DNA of 64,000 nucleotides, from assembly GCA_027622665.1 (NCBI GenBank), contig JAQBYT010000007.1, positions 64,001 through 128,000 on the forward strand. Direction: 5' to 3'. Below the pieces are notes generated by a model. That model worked only from the letters and a program-made list of their open reading frames with translations, ran no database searches and was not told the DNA's origin. Shown in pieces: positions 20,688-30,633 of this stretch. Origin of the DNA: Verrucomicrobiota bacterium. GTDB lineage: Bacteria; Verrucomicrobiota; Verrucomicrobiia; Opitutales; Seribacteraceae. The first letter of the stretch is position 1; every line of letters starts with the position of its first letter. Made by a program: the position numbers and the translations under genes.

Positions 20688-21223
20688 CCACGAGAGCGGT
20701 AAATCGAAAAGTTGCAATATCATCGGCTTTTTTTCTTCTGTTAGGGTTCGGTTGCCGCAATTCTCCTTATGAGCAGTTTGCCTTTGGCGAGCCCGTCGTC
20801 TTGAGAGAAGACGCCCCTTTAGTTCGTGAAAACCTAACTGACACTCAATCCATTCTTAACGATTCTCGCCGCGAGGTGGATATGGCCCGTTTGCGGGTGG
20901 AATGGCTTTCCGCAGAAAAAAACTTGGCCGATGCCCAACTGGTCGCAGCCGAGACTCGAGAGCGGCAAGACGGTTTAGCCGTTAAATATGCTCGATTCCT
21001 TGAACTGGATGCCCGTGTTCCGGGCGACAAAGGGCCTGTAGCTCCCGAAGTCATGTCGGTGTGGGAGAACAAGCTTCGTCAATATGCGGCCCAAACGGCT
21101 CGTAGCGAGGCAAAGGTGCGTTTGTCCTTGCGTCGAGTCAAACCTCTGCGCCAAAAAGCTATGGTTGCAGGACTTCTTGCGGATAGGCCGCAAACCGTTC
21201 CGCTAGAAGAAAACGAACCTTAG
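20684..21223 (+). CDS. Hypothetical coiled-coil lipoprotein
   Basis: GTG overlaps the ydbL stop. Lipobox-like LGFGC. Helical, charged body. Confidence 0.6.
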   Translation: MTTRAVNRKVAISSAFFLLLGFGCRNSPYEQFAFGEPVVLREDAPLVRENLTDTQSILNDSRREVDMARLRVEWLSAEKNLADAQLVAAETRERQDGLAVKYARFLELDARVPGDKGPVAPEVMSVWENKLRQYAAQTARSEAKVRLSLRRVKPLRQKAMVAGLLADRPQTVPLEENEP

Positions 21224-21258
21224 GACTTTTCTTCGGGAGTGCTGGCGGGAGTTGTACA

Positions 21259-21546
21259 ATGGACGAGGTGTGGGAAATCATTAATCACATAGGGCAGGAA
21301 CCACTCCTGCTCTGGTCTGCTGCAGTGTTGTCTGTCTTTCTTCTCGTGGGTATTTTGAAGCGAGTGCTTTCCATTATTGTTTCTTGTGCGATTTTGATCA
21401 TTCTATACCTCGTGTACCTTACTTATTTTGAGGAAGAGTTCCCCCTGCCCGAGGCAGACGTTGGCGAATGGATAAAGATCGGTGAGAATTGGCTCGACTC
21501 CAAACCCGAGCGGGTTCTCGACGACAACGAGACCACTTCCGAGTGA
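21259..21546 (+). CDS. Small hypothetical membrane protein
   Basis: Two hydrophobic helices and an acidic tail. GGAG upstream. Confidence 0.65.
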   Translation: MDEVWEIINHIGQEPLLLWSAAVLSVFLLVGILKRVLSIIVSCAILIILYLVYLTYFEEEFPLPEADVGEWIKIGENWLDSKPERVLDDNETTSE

Positions 21547-21583
21547 ACAACTGCCGGACCAATAGCTCATCTTTACAGGCCAA

Positions 21584-23200
21584 ATGAAGTTACCTTGGGC
21601 TTTTTATCTTTCTTGGAAGCATCTGTTTCCTACGGGACGAGGTGTTTCTTTCTTTTCGGTTCTTTCCGTTTTTGGAGTGGCCTTGGGGGTAAACGTCATG
21701 ATCGTCGTTGTCGCCTTCATGAATGGGTTTCAGGATAAGTTCCGCACCGACATAATCGATTCCCAAGGACATGCCCGGGCGGAAATGTCATACGGTTCCT
21801 CCGGCGACTGGAAAGACGACATGGCGAAACTGGAGTCTCAACCTAAGGTGCAAGCCGTAGCCCCTTATCTAAATGGACACTTGCTCTTGGAGCATTTTGG
21901 CAATCGCGCCGTCCCCCTTGCCATGGGTGTGGATCCGATTCGAGGAGATGCGGTGATACCCGTTTCAGAATTTCTAGCAGAGGGTTCTCCCAAGATGCTG
22001 GCCGAGGAAGCTTTCCAAATCACCCCTCTTCCTGTTGTCGACGACCTCCAAGACGACGTCGTATTCCTGAGCCGACAGGCTGCGCATAAATTGGGAGCCC
22101 ATCCCGCCGCAGCCATTTTGACTGTCGATCACAATTCCAGTTCGATCAGGGCGGGCAACGGAACAATCGTTCTTCGTAAGCTTGACCCTTTTGTTGAATC
22201 GGGAACTTGGCAAGTGCGTTTTGAAGACAATGCAAGTTATCGCATTACTGATCCCTATGATGAGGAATGGGAAGATCTTTTTTTAGTGACGGAGAAAAAC
22301 GAGAATCTTGGGGAAGGGATTCCCGTATTCGAGATCACGCCCGGTTCGACTCCCTTTGCCAAGGGCGACCTGTTCACCTTTGAGATATTCGGGGCCTCCG
22401 TCATCGACGTATACTCTCCCGCCATGTTGCAGAAAGCAAAGAACGATGAATTGTTGCCTCCGCGTCAAGTGAGAGTCGGCGGCATTTTCGAGGTCCCGTG
22501 GCAAGGCTTTCACTTGGATGCCCTGTTCGGTACACTTCGGTTCATGCAGGAAATGAACGACCAAGCGGGCGTTGTTCACGGGTTCAATCTCAAGTTTGTC
22601 CCCGAGGTTGCATCCGACACGCAAGCGTTGGCCGATGCCTGCATGAACATCCGCTCCTCCTTGGGCGAGAATTGGAGTGTGGTTCCATGGTTCGTGGAGA
22701 ATGCCTGGTTTTTTGATCTTCTAAAATTCGAGGAGTACCTCATGGTGCTGATCATGGTTCCCATTGGTTTGGTCGCAGCCTTCGCGATAGCTATAGCTCT
22801 TATGACTTCCGTTGTCCGCAAGACCCGTGAAATCGGTTTGCTCGTGGCCATGGGTGGTTCTCGTCTTTCGGTCGGAACGGTCTTTACCATGCAGGGATTC
22901 GTCATCGGACTGTTGGGGACTGTCGTCGGTTGGGGGATGGCCCTGCTCTTCATTTGCTACAGGGATACTCTCATGAGCTTCATCGTGCGCAACATTGCCG
23001 GTGAGGAAGGCGGTGCAGGGGTGGCTCAGTTCTATGACTTCTACAGCTTGAACGTTCCCTATCCGTGGGATTCCGCCGATAGTTTGCAGAACTTCCTTAT
23101 ATTTGGAGCCTTTGCGGTGGGGGTCTCCACCTTGGCTGGGTTTTTACCTGCTTGGAAAGCGGCTCGCCTCAACCCTTCGGAGGCTTTGCGAAGTGAGTGA
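21584..23200 (+). CDS. Lipoprotein-releasing ABC transporter permease (LolC/E family) with an inserted periplasmic segment
   Basis: SVFGVALGVNVMIVVVAFMNGF, KTREIGLLVAMG and PAWKAARLNPSEALRSE. 538 aa versus ~400 typical. Confidence 0.88.
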   Translation: MKLPWAFYLSWKHLFPTGRGVSFFSVLSVFGVALGVNVMIVVVAFMNGFQDKFRTDIIDSQGHARAEMSYGSSGDWKDDMAKLESQPKVQAVAPYLNGHLLLEHFGNRAVPLAMGVDPIRGDAVIPVSEFLAEGSPKMLAEEAFQITPLPVVDDLQDDVVFLSRQAAHKLGAHPAAAILTVDHNSSSIRAGNGTIVLRKLDPFVESGTWQVRFEDNASYRITDPYDEEWEDLFLVTEKNENLGEGIPVFEITPGSTPFAKGDLFTFEIFGASVIDVYSPAMLQKAKNDELLPPRQVRVGGIFEVPWQGFHLDALFGTLRFMQEMNDQAGVVHGFNLKFVPEVASDTQALADACMNIRSSLGENWSVVPWFVENAWFFDLLKFEEYLMVLIMVPIGLVAAFAIAIALMTSVVRKTREIGLLVAMGGSRLSVGTVFTMQGFVIGLLGTVVGWGMALLFICYRDTLMSFIVRNIAGEEGGAGVAQFYDFYSLNVPYPWDSADSLQNFLIFGAFAVGVSTLAGFLPAWKAARLNPSEALRSE

Positions 23201-23891
23201 GGATAAGGAACGGTTCGTTTTGGAAGCGAAAGGTTTGGCCAAGACCTTTCCTTACGGAGAAGAGCGTATAAAGGTCTTGGTCGATGCCGACTTGAGTGTC
23301 GTTGTAGGTCGTTCCATCAGTATCCGAGGTGAGTCGGGTTGCGGAAAAACTACGCTTCTCAACCTGTTGGCGAGATTAGACTTTGCGGATACGGGGGAAC
23401 TTTATTGGAACGGCGAATTCCATGATCCGAAGTTGCCGCCGGGACCACGAGATGCCGCACGGCGAGCCTGCCTTATCGGTGTCGTGTATCAAGCCTATTA
23501 CCTCATTCCCGAGATGAACGTTTTGGAAAACGTATTGTTGGCCGCCCGACTAGCCGGATCAATGGGCAAGGATGCCAAGCAACGAGCTCGCGAACTTTTG
23601 GATCGCGTGGGGGTAAGCAACCGTGAACGACAATTACCTCAGAAACTCTCAGGCGGCGAACGTCAGCGTGTGGCCATCGCCCGTGCCTTGCTCAATCGCC
23701 CCAAGGTGATTATGGCCGACGAACCCACGGGCAACTTGGACGAGCGTTCCGCCGGCGACGTCATGGAACTTCTCTTGGAAGCGTGTCGTGAAGAGGAGGC
23801 TGGTCTTGTTCTCGTCACCCATAACCCGTCCTTCGCTAAGGCAACCGACGAGGCTTTTAACCTAGTAAAGGGCGAGCTGAGTCCCGCATGA
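23193..23891 (+). CDS. lolD: Lipoprotein-releasing ABC transporter ATP-binding protein
   Basis: Walker A GESGCGKTT, LSGGERQRVAIARAL, ADEPTGNLD. Coupled to the permease. Confidence 0.85.
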   Translation: MSEDKERFVLEAKGLAKTFPYGEERIKVLVDADLSVVVGRSISIRGESGCGKTTLLNLLARLDFADTGELYWNGEFHDPKLPPGPRDAARRACLIGVVYQAYYLIPEMNVLENVLLAARLAGSMGKDAKQRARELLDRVGVSNRERQLPQKLSGGERQRVAIARALLNRPKVIMADEPTGNLDERSAGDVMELLLEACREEEAGLVLVTHNPSFAKATDEAFNLVKGELSPA

Positions 23892-23898
23892 AAATTCA

Positions 23899-24846
23899 AT
23901 GACTGTTCACGAAAACATTTCTAATCCCCTGCGTTGCGGTGTCGTGGGCGTCGGGTATCTTGGCAGGCATCACGCTCGCATCTATAACGATCTCGAAGAT
24001 TGCGAGCTGGTTGGCATCCTCGACACTAACGACGAGGCCGCAGTCGAAGCTTGCGAGAAGTACGGTTGCAAGCGATTCGAGAGTCTAGAAGAGATGGGTG
24101 CTGCCTGCGAAGCCGTCAGCGTGGTAGCGCCGACCGACCTTCACGCCGAGGTGGCTCTGCCCTTGCTTGAGGCGGGTTGCCATCTTTTGGTCGAAAAACC
24201 TCTTTGCACTTCTACCGAGGAAGCCGAAGCCATCGTGAACAAGGCGGAGGAACATGATCGCATCGTACAAGTAGGGCACATCGAGCACTACAACCCCGTC
24301 ATGGCTTTTCTAGAGGAGGCGGTTTGCTCCCCACGATATTTGACCGTCGAAAGATTGGCGCCTTTTCAGTCTCGCGGGACCGAGGTCGGCGTGGTGCTAG
24401 ATCTTATGATCCACGATGTCGGGATCGCCATGGCTTTGGTCGATTCAACCATTGATCGCATCGAGGCCATCGGCGTCAAGGTGCTCTCTCCGACAGAGGA
24501 TATTGCGAATGCTCGTATCACCTTCGTCAATGGTTGCGTGGCCAACCTGAATGCCAGCCGGGTGAGTGAAAAGAAGGCTCGCGAGATTCGCGTGTTTCAG
24601 GAAAGCGGATATCTTTCCCTCGATTTCATGAACCAGAAGGGGCATCTTATCGAAAAGGCTGCGACCGGCCTTGAAAAAAAAGACGTGCCCGTGGAACAAG
24701 GAGAACCCCTCGCAATCGAACTCGCTGAATTCGTTCGCTGCGTTAACCTTGCCGACAAGCCGAAAACCGACGTCCACTTCGGCAAATCGGCCCTCGCGGT
24801 CGCTTTGGAAATCACAAAGCTCATCCGCGATGGTTGGGACAAGTGA
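23899..24846 (+). CDS. Gfo/Idh/MocA oxidoreductase, GnnA-like (putative UDP-GlcNAc 3-dehydrogenase)
   Basis: GVVGVGYLGRHHAR, VEKP, GHIEHYNP, VVLDLMIHD, ASRVS. Immediately upstream of lpxB. Confidence 0.8.
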   Translation: MTVHENISNPLRCGVVGVGYLGRHHARIYNDLEDCELVGILDTNDEAAVEACEKYGCKRFESLEEMGAACEAVSVVAPTDLHAEVALPLLEAGCHLLVEKPLCTSTEEAEAIVNKAEEHDRIVQVGHIEHYNPVMAFLEEAVCSPRYLTVERLAPFQSRGTEVGVVLDLMIHDVGIAMALVDSTIDRIEAIGVKVLSPTEDIANARITFVNGCVANLNASRVSEKKAREIRVFQESGYLSLDFMNQKGHLIEKAATGLEKKDVPVEQGEPLAIELAEFVRCVNLADKPKTDVHFGKSALAVALEITKLIRDGWDK

Positions 24847-24856
24847 GGAATGATCC

Positions 24857-26026
24857 ATGTTTTCGGTATCGCCTGATGCTTCCTACGACCTGCTGATTAT
24901 TGCGGGTGAAGCTTCCGGCGACGAGCATGCTGCCCGGCTCTTGGACGACCTTCGGGTGAACCGACCGGACCTGAAGGTAGCCGCCATCGGCGGCCCGAAA
25001 CTTCGAGATGCGGGGGCAAATCTTCTTTTCGACCTTACGCGCCACGCGGTCGTCGGCATATTCGAAGTTCTCAAGAACTACGGGTTCTTCAAGAAACTCA
25101 TGTCGGATTCCTTGATCTGGATCGGGAAAGTGAGGCCCAAAGCCGTGCTGTTCGTTGATTATCCGGGTTTCAATTTACGTCTTGCCTCTTCGTTGCTTGA
25201 CCAAGGAATTGCTAATAAGGGCGGGGGAGAGGTAAAGCTCTTGCAGTACGTCAGCCCTCAACTCTGGGCATGGAAGCCGAAACGCCGATTCAAGATGGCT
25301 CGTACCTTGGATGCCCTCGGCGTCATCTTTCCCTTCGAGGTCGAAACCTATGCCGACGTCGATCTCCCGGTCCGTTTCGTTGGTCATCCCTTTATTCGTG
25401 AGGATTACGAGCCGCACTTGCGTTACGATCCTGAGGCACCCGTTCTTCTCTTGCCGGGTAGTCGTCGTCAACCAGTCGCTCGTATCTTGCCCGTTTTACT
25501 GGAGTCTTTTGCACATGTGTCCGGTAAGCGTCTTGGTTTGCGTGCGAAGATAGTAAGTCCTGCCGGCGAAGTCGGCGAACTGGCCCGGGAAATCCTGAAC
25601 CGTTTTTCCGAGCTGAAGGGACAGGTGAAAATTTTTTCCAACGATAAGGTCGCGAGCGGTTGTGCCGTCCTTACCAGTTCGGGCACCATGTCCCTCGCTT
25701 GCGCCTTGGCGGGTATTCCCGGAGCCATCGTCTATCGCGCCCATCCCATGACCTATTTGCTGGGACGGTTTCTCGTCAAGGTTCCATACCTCGGCATGGC
25801 CAACCTGCTCTTGCCGAAGTCTCCTCCCTATCCCGAGTTCATTCAGGGAGCGGCCCGGCCGTATACTCTGGCGAAACGCCTGGAGTCCTGTCTCGACGAC
25901 AATGACGAAGCGGAAAAGGCTATGGAAGCTTCCGCTTCGCTACGAAAGGTACTCTCTCAGCCTTCCGATGTTTCGGCGGTGGACTGGCTTCTTCAGGCAG
26001 GCGGGTTCGAGGAAAAGAGCAGTTGA
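24857..26026 (+). CDS. lpxB: Lipid-A-disaccharide synthase
   Basis: AGEASGD, VDYPGFN, YVSPQLWAWK, FPFE, FVGHP, LPGSR, SGT. Confidence 0.95.
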   Translation: MFSVSPDASYDLLIIAGEASGDEHAARLLDDLRVNRPDLKVAAIGGPKLRDAGANLLFDLTRHAVVGIFEVLKNYGFFKKLMSDSLIWIGKVRPKAVLFVDYPGFNLRLASSLLDQGIANKGGGEVKLLQYVSPQLWAWKPKRRFKMARTLDALGVIFPFEVETYADVDLPVRFVGHPFIREDYEPHLRYDPEAPVLLLPGSRRQPVARILPVLLESFAHVSGKRLGLRAKIVSPAGEVGELAREILNRFSELKGQVKIFSNDKVASGCAVLTSSGTMSLACALAGIPGAIVYRAHPMTYLLGRFLVKVPYLGMANLLLPKSPPYPEFIQGAARPYTLAKRLESCLDDNDEAEKAMEASASLRKVLSQPSDVSAVDWLLQAGGFEEKSS

Positions 26027-27039
26027 TTCCAAATTAGCCCCGCCCTTTTCTCCAGAGCTTCACGGCACTTAGCCACTTCGGCCTGTCGACTTTTTAGGTT
26101 TTCGTTCGCTATGGCGGAGACGTCGTCCAGGTTGTAGAGGTACACGCTTTCCAGATCGCCCACGCTTTGCTCCACGTCTCGAGGCATCGAGACGTCGATC
26201 AGAAAGAGTGGACGCGCCGGGCGCTTGGCGATCGCTTTTCGAACGGCTTCCCGAGTAAGGATGGGGTCTTTCCCTGAGGTGGAACAGAGCACCACGTCGA
26301 ACAAGTGAAGAGATTCCCGAAAGGAATCGAACCCGAGCACTGAACCTTTCGACTTCTCGGCCAGTTCGCGGGCTTTTTCATAGGTGCGTCCCGTTACCGT
26401 TATGGCTCTCGCTCCCCGTGATCCGAATGCATCCAACGCCATCTCGGCCACTTCGCCCGAGCCGACTACCAGAAAACGACAGGCGGATACGTCGCCGAAT
26501 ATGCGGCGAGCCAATTCGCAGATGACGTTGCCGAGGTTTACTTGGCCACGAGAAATTCCCGTGTGGGTGCGGACCCACTTTGCGGCCTGAAAACTCTTTT
26601 GAAAGACTCGATTCAGGACTTTCCCCGTGCTTTCTCGGTTTAGGGCATCGTCGTAGGCTTCCTTCACCTGCCCGAGAATCTCGGTTTCGCCGACCATTTG
26701 GGAATCGATGCCCGAGGTTACTTCGAAGGCGTGCTTGACTACCGCTTCGCCCTGTCGCCGATAGGTGTGTTTTTCCAGGAATGCATTCTCCAGTTTGCGA
26801 AAGTTCATCAGGTATTCGCTCACCGGACCAAGCGGGGGCGAACCATTCCCGGAAACGTATATTTCCGTTCGGTTGCAGGTGTTCAGCACGAGGCTCTCCT
26901 TTAGGCCGGGCAGCGCCTGTAGACCCTTGTAGAAGTCGTCGATCGAATCGGCGGGCAGGCTTATTCGTTCCCGCTCCTCCAGCGAGGCTACGCGATGGGA
27001 GCTGCCGAGCAGGAATAGGTTTGGCGGTTCAGTTGGCAT
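25993..27039 (-). CDS. hemA: Glutamyl-tRNA reductase (short form)
   Basis: TCNRTE catalytic motif, GIDSQMVGETEILGQVK, IDVSMPRDV. 3' end overlaps lpxB by 34 bp. Confidence 0.93.
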   Translation of the reverse strand: MPTEPPNLFLLGSSHRVASLEERERISLPADSIDDFYKGLQALPGLKESLVLNTCNRTEIYVSGNGSPPLGPVSEYLMNFRKLENAFLEKHTYRRQGEAVVKHAFEVTSGIDSQMVGETEILGQVKEAYDDALNRESTGKVLNRVFQKSFQAAKWVRTHTGISRGQVNLGNVICELARRIFGDVSACRFLVVGSGEVAEMALDAFGSRGARAITVTGRTYEKARELAEKSKGSVLGFDSFRESLHLFDVVLCSTSGKDPILTREAVRKAIAKRPARPLFLIDVSMPRDVEQSVGDLESVYLYNLDDVSAIANENLKSRQAEVAKCREALEKRAGLIWNQLLFSSNPPA

Positions 27040-27892
27040 CTTCGAACGATGGTTGAGGGGCAGTCTCCTGTCGTTGTGGAGCCGAGCGCACGAAACCGAG
27101 TGAAAGTATGGCCAACGCGAAAAGAGCGATACAGGCATTGGCAAACTTTTTACCGTATAACTTTTGACGAAAGTGAAGATACCAGAGTCCGCAGTAGGCG
27201 ATCCACAGCCCGATCGTCACCCACAGCTTGACCGAGCTAATGGAAGCGGGAGATCGCGTCCAGTGCATGGAACCGACCACGATGGAAGCCGTAAGGAAAA
27301 TGACCCCTACGAGCAGTAGGCGTTGGCCCGCCGTCTCCAGTTGATGAATGGAGGGTAGGTGGGCTCCGAGCGCCCCCGTCCGTTTGGCTTGCAGGGCCTT
27401 TTGTTGAACCAAGTACATGACGCTCACGACTGCCAGCAAGGCAAACAGGCCGTAGCTGAAGATAGCCACCGAGGCGTGCAGTTCGATCCACGGTCCCGAA
27501 AAGAGTCGTTTGTAGCTGGGTTCCAGCCAGTAGTTTGAGTCTAAGCCCGGACTGAGAAGGGAAAGAGCCCCGCCTATGCCGGCCAGACCCGCGGCAAAAG
27601 ATCCAAGTAGATTCAGACGAAACAGTATTCGCATGATCAGGTACCCCGTGACCACCGACCAGAGGATGAATTGGATGCGCTCCATTCCGTTGCCGAGCGG
27701 GCACCCGTGAACATCCAGTCCTCTGAAGTACAGACCGCGCGTGTGGCCCGCGAAGGCGAATAGAATAAGGACGAACGGAACCATCGAGGGCAATCTCCGT
27801 TCCTTAGAGGCCAACGATAGCCCAGCTATCAAGGCCGCTCCGTAGAGGGCGGAGGCCAACCAGAGAAGCGTTCTAGCGTCGTTCAAGTCCAT
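27029..27892 (-). CDS. Cytochrome c assembly (CcsA/HemX-like) membrane protein
   Basis: About 8 TM helices. WIELHAS, MYLVQQKALQAK, LPSIHQLE, K-x-W-x-x-x-x-W. Paired with hemA. Confidence 0.8.
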   Translation of the reverse strand: MDLNDARTLLWLASALYGAALIAGLSLASKERRLPSMVPFVLILFAFAGHTRGLYFRGLDVHGCPLGNGMERIQFILWSVVTGYLIMRILFRLNLLGSFAAGLAGIGGALSLLSPGLDSNYWLEPSYKRLFSGPWIELHASVAIFSYGLFALLAVVSVMYLVQQKALQAKRTGALGAHLPSIHQLETAGQRLLLVGVIFLTASIVVGSMHWTRSPASISSVKLWVTIGLWIAYCGLWYLHFRQKLYGKKFANACIALFALAILSLGFVRSAPQRQETAPQPSFEDAN

Positions 27893-28179
27893 CAATTACG
27901 AAGAAATACCGGTAGTTTCGAGTGAGTGCGAGGAGCACGCTACCCAGCGAGGGTAGCGTTTCACGGCAGCAACCGAGGTGGAGTCGGGCGAGCCTGATTG
28001 TATCAGTGGAATTGCTTTCTTCGACATAGAGTATATAAGAGGATAATCATACCTCATGGCGGAATAAAGTCAAAGAGGGAAGGGGATGTGATCGAAAACC
28101 TTTTTGGGGATTCTGGCGAAAAGGCTTGCCCACTCTCGATTGGACTACAACCTCGGCAAACTTTACTTATTACCTGTTC

Positions 28180-29373
28180 ATGAACATACACGAATACCAA
28201 GCTAAACAACTTTTTGATGCAGCCGGCGTGGCTGTACCTGCGGGTGCCGTGGCCCAGAGCCCCGATGAGTTCGACACCGCCATCGCCTCTCTGCCCGAGG
28301 GTTCCGCCTTAGTGGTCAAGGCCCAGATTCATGCCGGTGGTCGCGGTAAGGGCACCTTCAAGGACGGTTTTCAAGGCGGCGTTCATGTCGTGGACTCTCG
28401 CGAGATCGCTAAGGAAAAGGCCGCCGCTATGCTCGGCAACGTTCTCGTCACCAAGCAGACGGGCGAAGTTGGTCGCGAGGTGCGCACCGTGTATTTTACC
28501 GAGGCGGTTGACATCGCCAAGGAGTTCTACCTTGCCATTCTCATGGATCGGGCCACCTCCAAACCGGTGATTATCGCCTCCTTGGAAGGTGGGGTCGACA
28601 TCGAGGAAGTGGCCGAGAATTCTCCCGAGAAGATTATCAAGGTCACCATCGAGCCGACCCTCGGTCTACGCTCCTACCAAGCTCGCGAAATCGCATTCGG
28701 GTTACAATTGACGGGCGACTCGTTCAAGCAATGCGTAAAGCTGCTCAACAAACTCTATGCCTTCTTCTGGACCAAGGATTGCTCGCAAGTGGAGGTCAAT
28801 CCCCTTATCATCACCACGGACGGGGACGTCGTCGCTCTCGACGCCAAGGTGAATTTTGATTCCAACGCCCTCTTTCGCCATCCCGACATAGTCGAACTCC
28901 GAGACGAATCGGAGGAAGACCCACGCGAGGTGGAGGCCTCCAAGTTCGACCTCAACTACATTGCCCTCGACGGGGACGTGGCATGCATGGTGAACGGGGC
29001 AGGCCTAGCTATGGCCACCATGGACATCATCAAGCACTACGGCGGATCACCCGCCAACTTCCTCGACGTCGGCGGCGGAGCTACCGAGGCGCAGGTCGAA
29101 AACGCCTTTCGCATTCTCGTTTCCGATCCCGCCGTCAAGGCCATTCTCGTGAACATCTTCGGAGGCATCATGAAGTGTGACGTCATCGCGACTGGTATCG
29201 TGAACGCAGCCAAGAACCTTGAGCTTACCCTGCCTCTCGTCGTTCGCCTCGAAGGCACCAACGTCGAGGCAGGCAAGCGTATACTGAGCGAAAGCGGCCT
29301 TGCCCTCGAGTCCGCCGAATCTCTGGCCGAAGCCGCCGATAAGGTGGTCAAGCTAGCCGCGGCCGCTTCTTAA
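28180..29373 (+). CDS. sucC: Succinyl-CoA ligase beta subunit
   Basis: [54 protein letters not shown]. Confidence 0.98.
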   Translation: MNIHEYQAKQLFDAAGVAVPAGAVAQSPDEFDTAIASLPEGSALVVKAQIHAGGRGKGTFKDGFQGGVHVVDSREIAKEKAAAMLGNVLVTKQTGEVGREVRTVYFTEAVDIAKEFYLAILMDRATSKPVIIASLEGGVDIEEVAENSPEKIIKVTIEPTLGLRSYQAREIAFGLQLTGDSFKQCVKLLNKLYAFFWTKDCSQVEVNPLIITTDGDVVALDAKVNFDSNALFRHPDIVELRDESEEDPREVEASKFDLNYIALDGDVACMVNGAGLAMATMDIIKHYGGSPANFLDVGGGATEAQVENAFRILVSDPAVKAILVNIFGGIMKCDVIATGIVNAAKNLELTLPLVVRLEGTNVEAGKRILSESGLALESAESLAEAADKVVKLAAAAS

Positions 29374-29427
29374 GCCTTCAACCTTTATCCAACCACACTT
29401 TACGAACATCCCAACCGCCTTTCATTC

Positions 29428-30303
<876 letters not shown>

Positions 30304-30384
30304 TACGGGTTCTGTTCGATTACGCCTGACGGCTGTCGGGTGGAGAACTTTTCGTCTTGTCGCCTTGGTTGCCCTACGTGTCCG

Positions 30385-30614
30385 CTGGATTGCCGTGTCG
30401 GGGGCTTCCCCTCCTCGCAATGACAAGGTGTGAAGTGACGGGCGTTGTGGTTCATCACGGTTTAGGGATTCCTTAAACTCCACGCTGTCATTGCGAGCCC
30501 GTCAGGGCGTGGCAATCCAGTCGGGATCGTAGGTAGGCTGCTTGGGCGATGCGGTTGGTTGCCCAATGGTTCCGCTGGATTGCCGCGTCAGGAACTTTGC
30601 CCCTCCTCGCGATG
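30385..30614. repeat. Cluster of three arms of a REP-like palindromic repeat family
   Basis: CTGGATTGCC...CTCGCAATGACA at 30385-30425, TGTCATTGCGAG...GTGGCAATCCAG at 30486-30520, CTGGATTGCC...CTCGCGATG at 30575-30614. Lies between convergent sucD and rsmG. Same family as 62-63.5 kb. Confidence 0.9.
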
Positions 30615-30633
30615 GGAGGGGTTGAAGAGTCGC

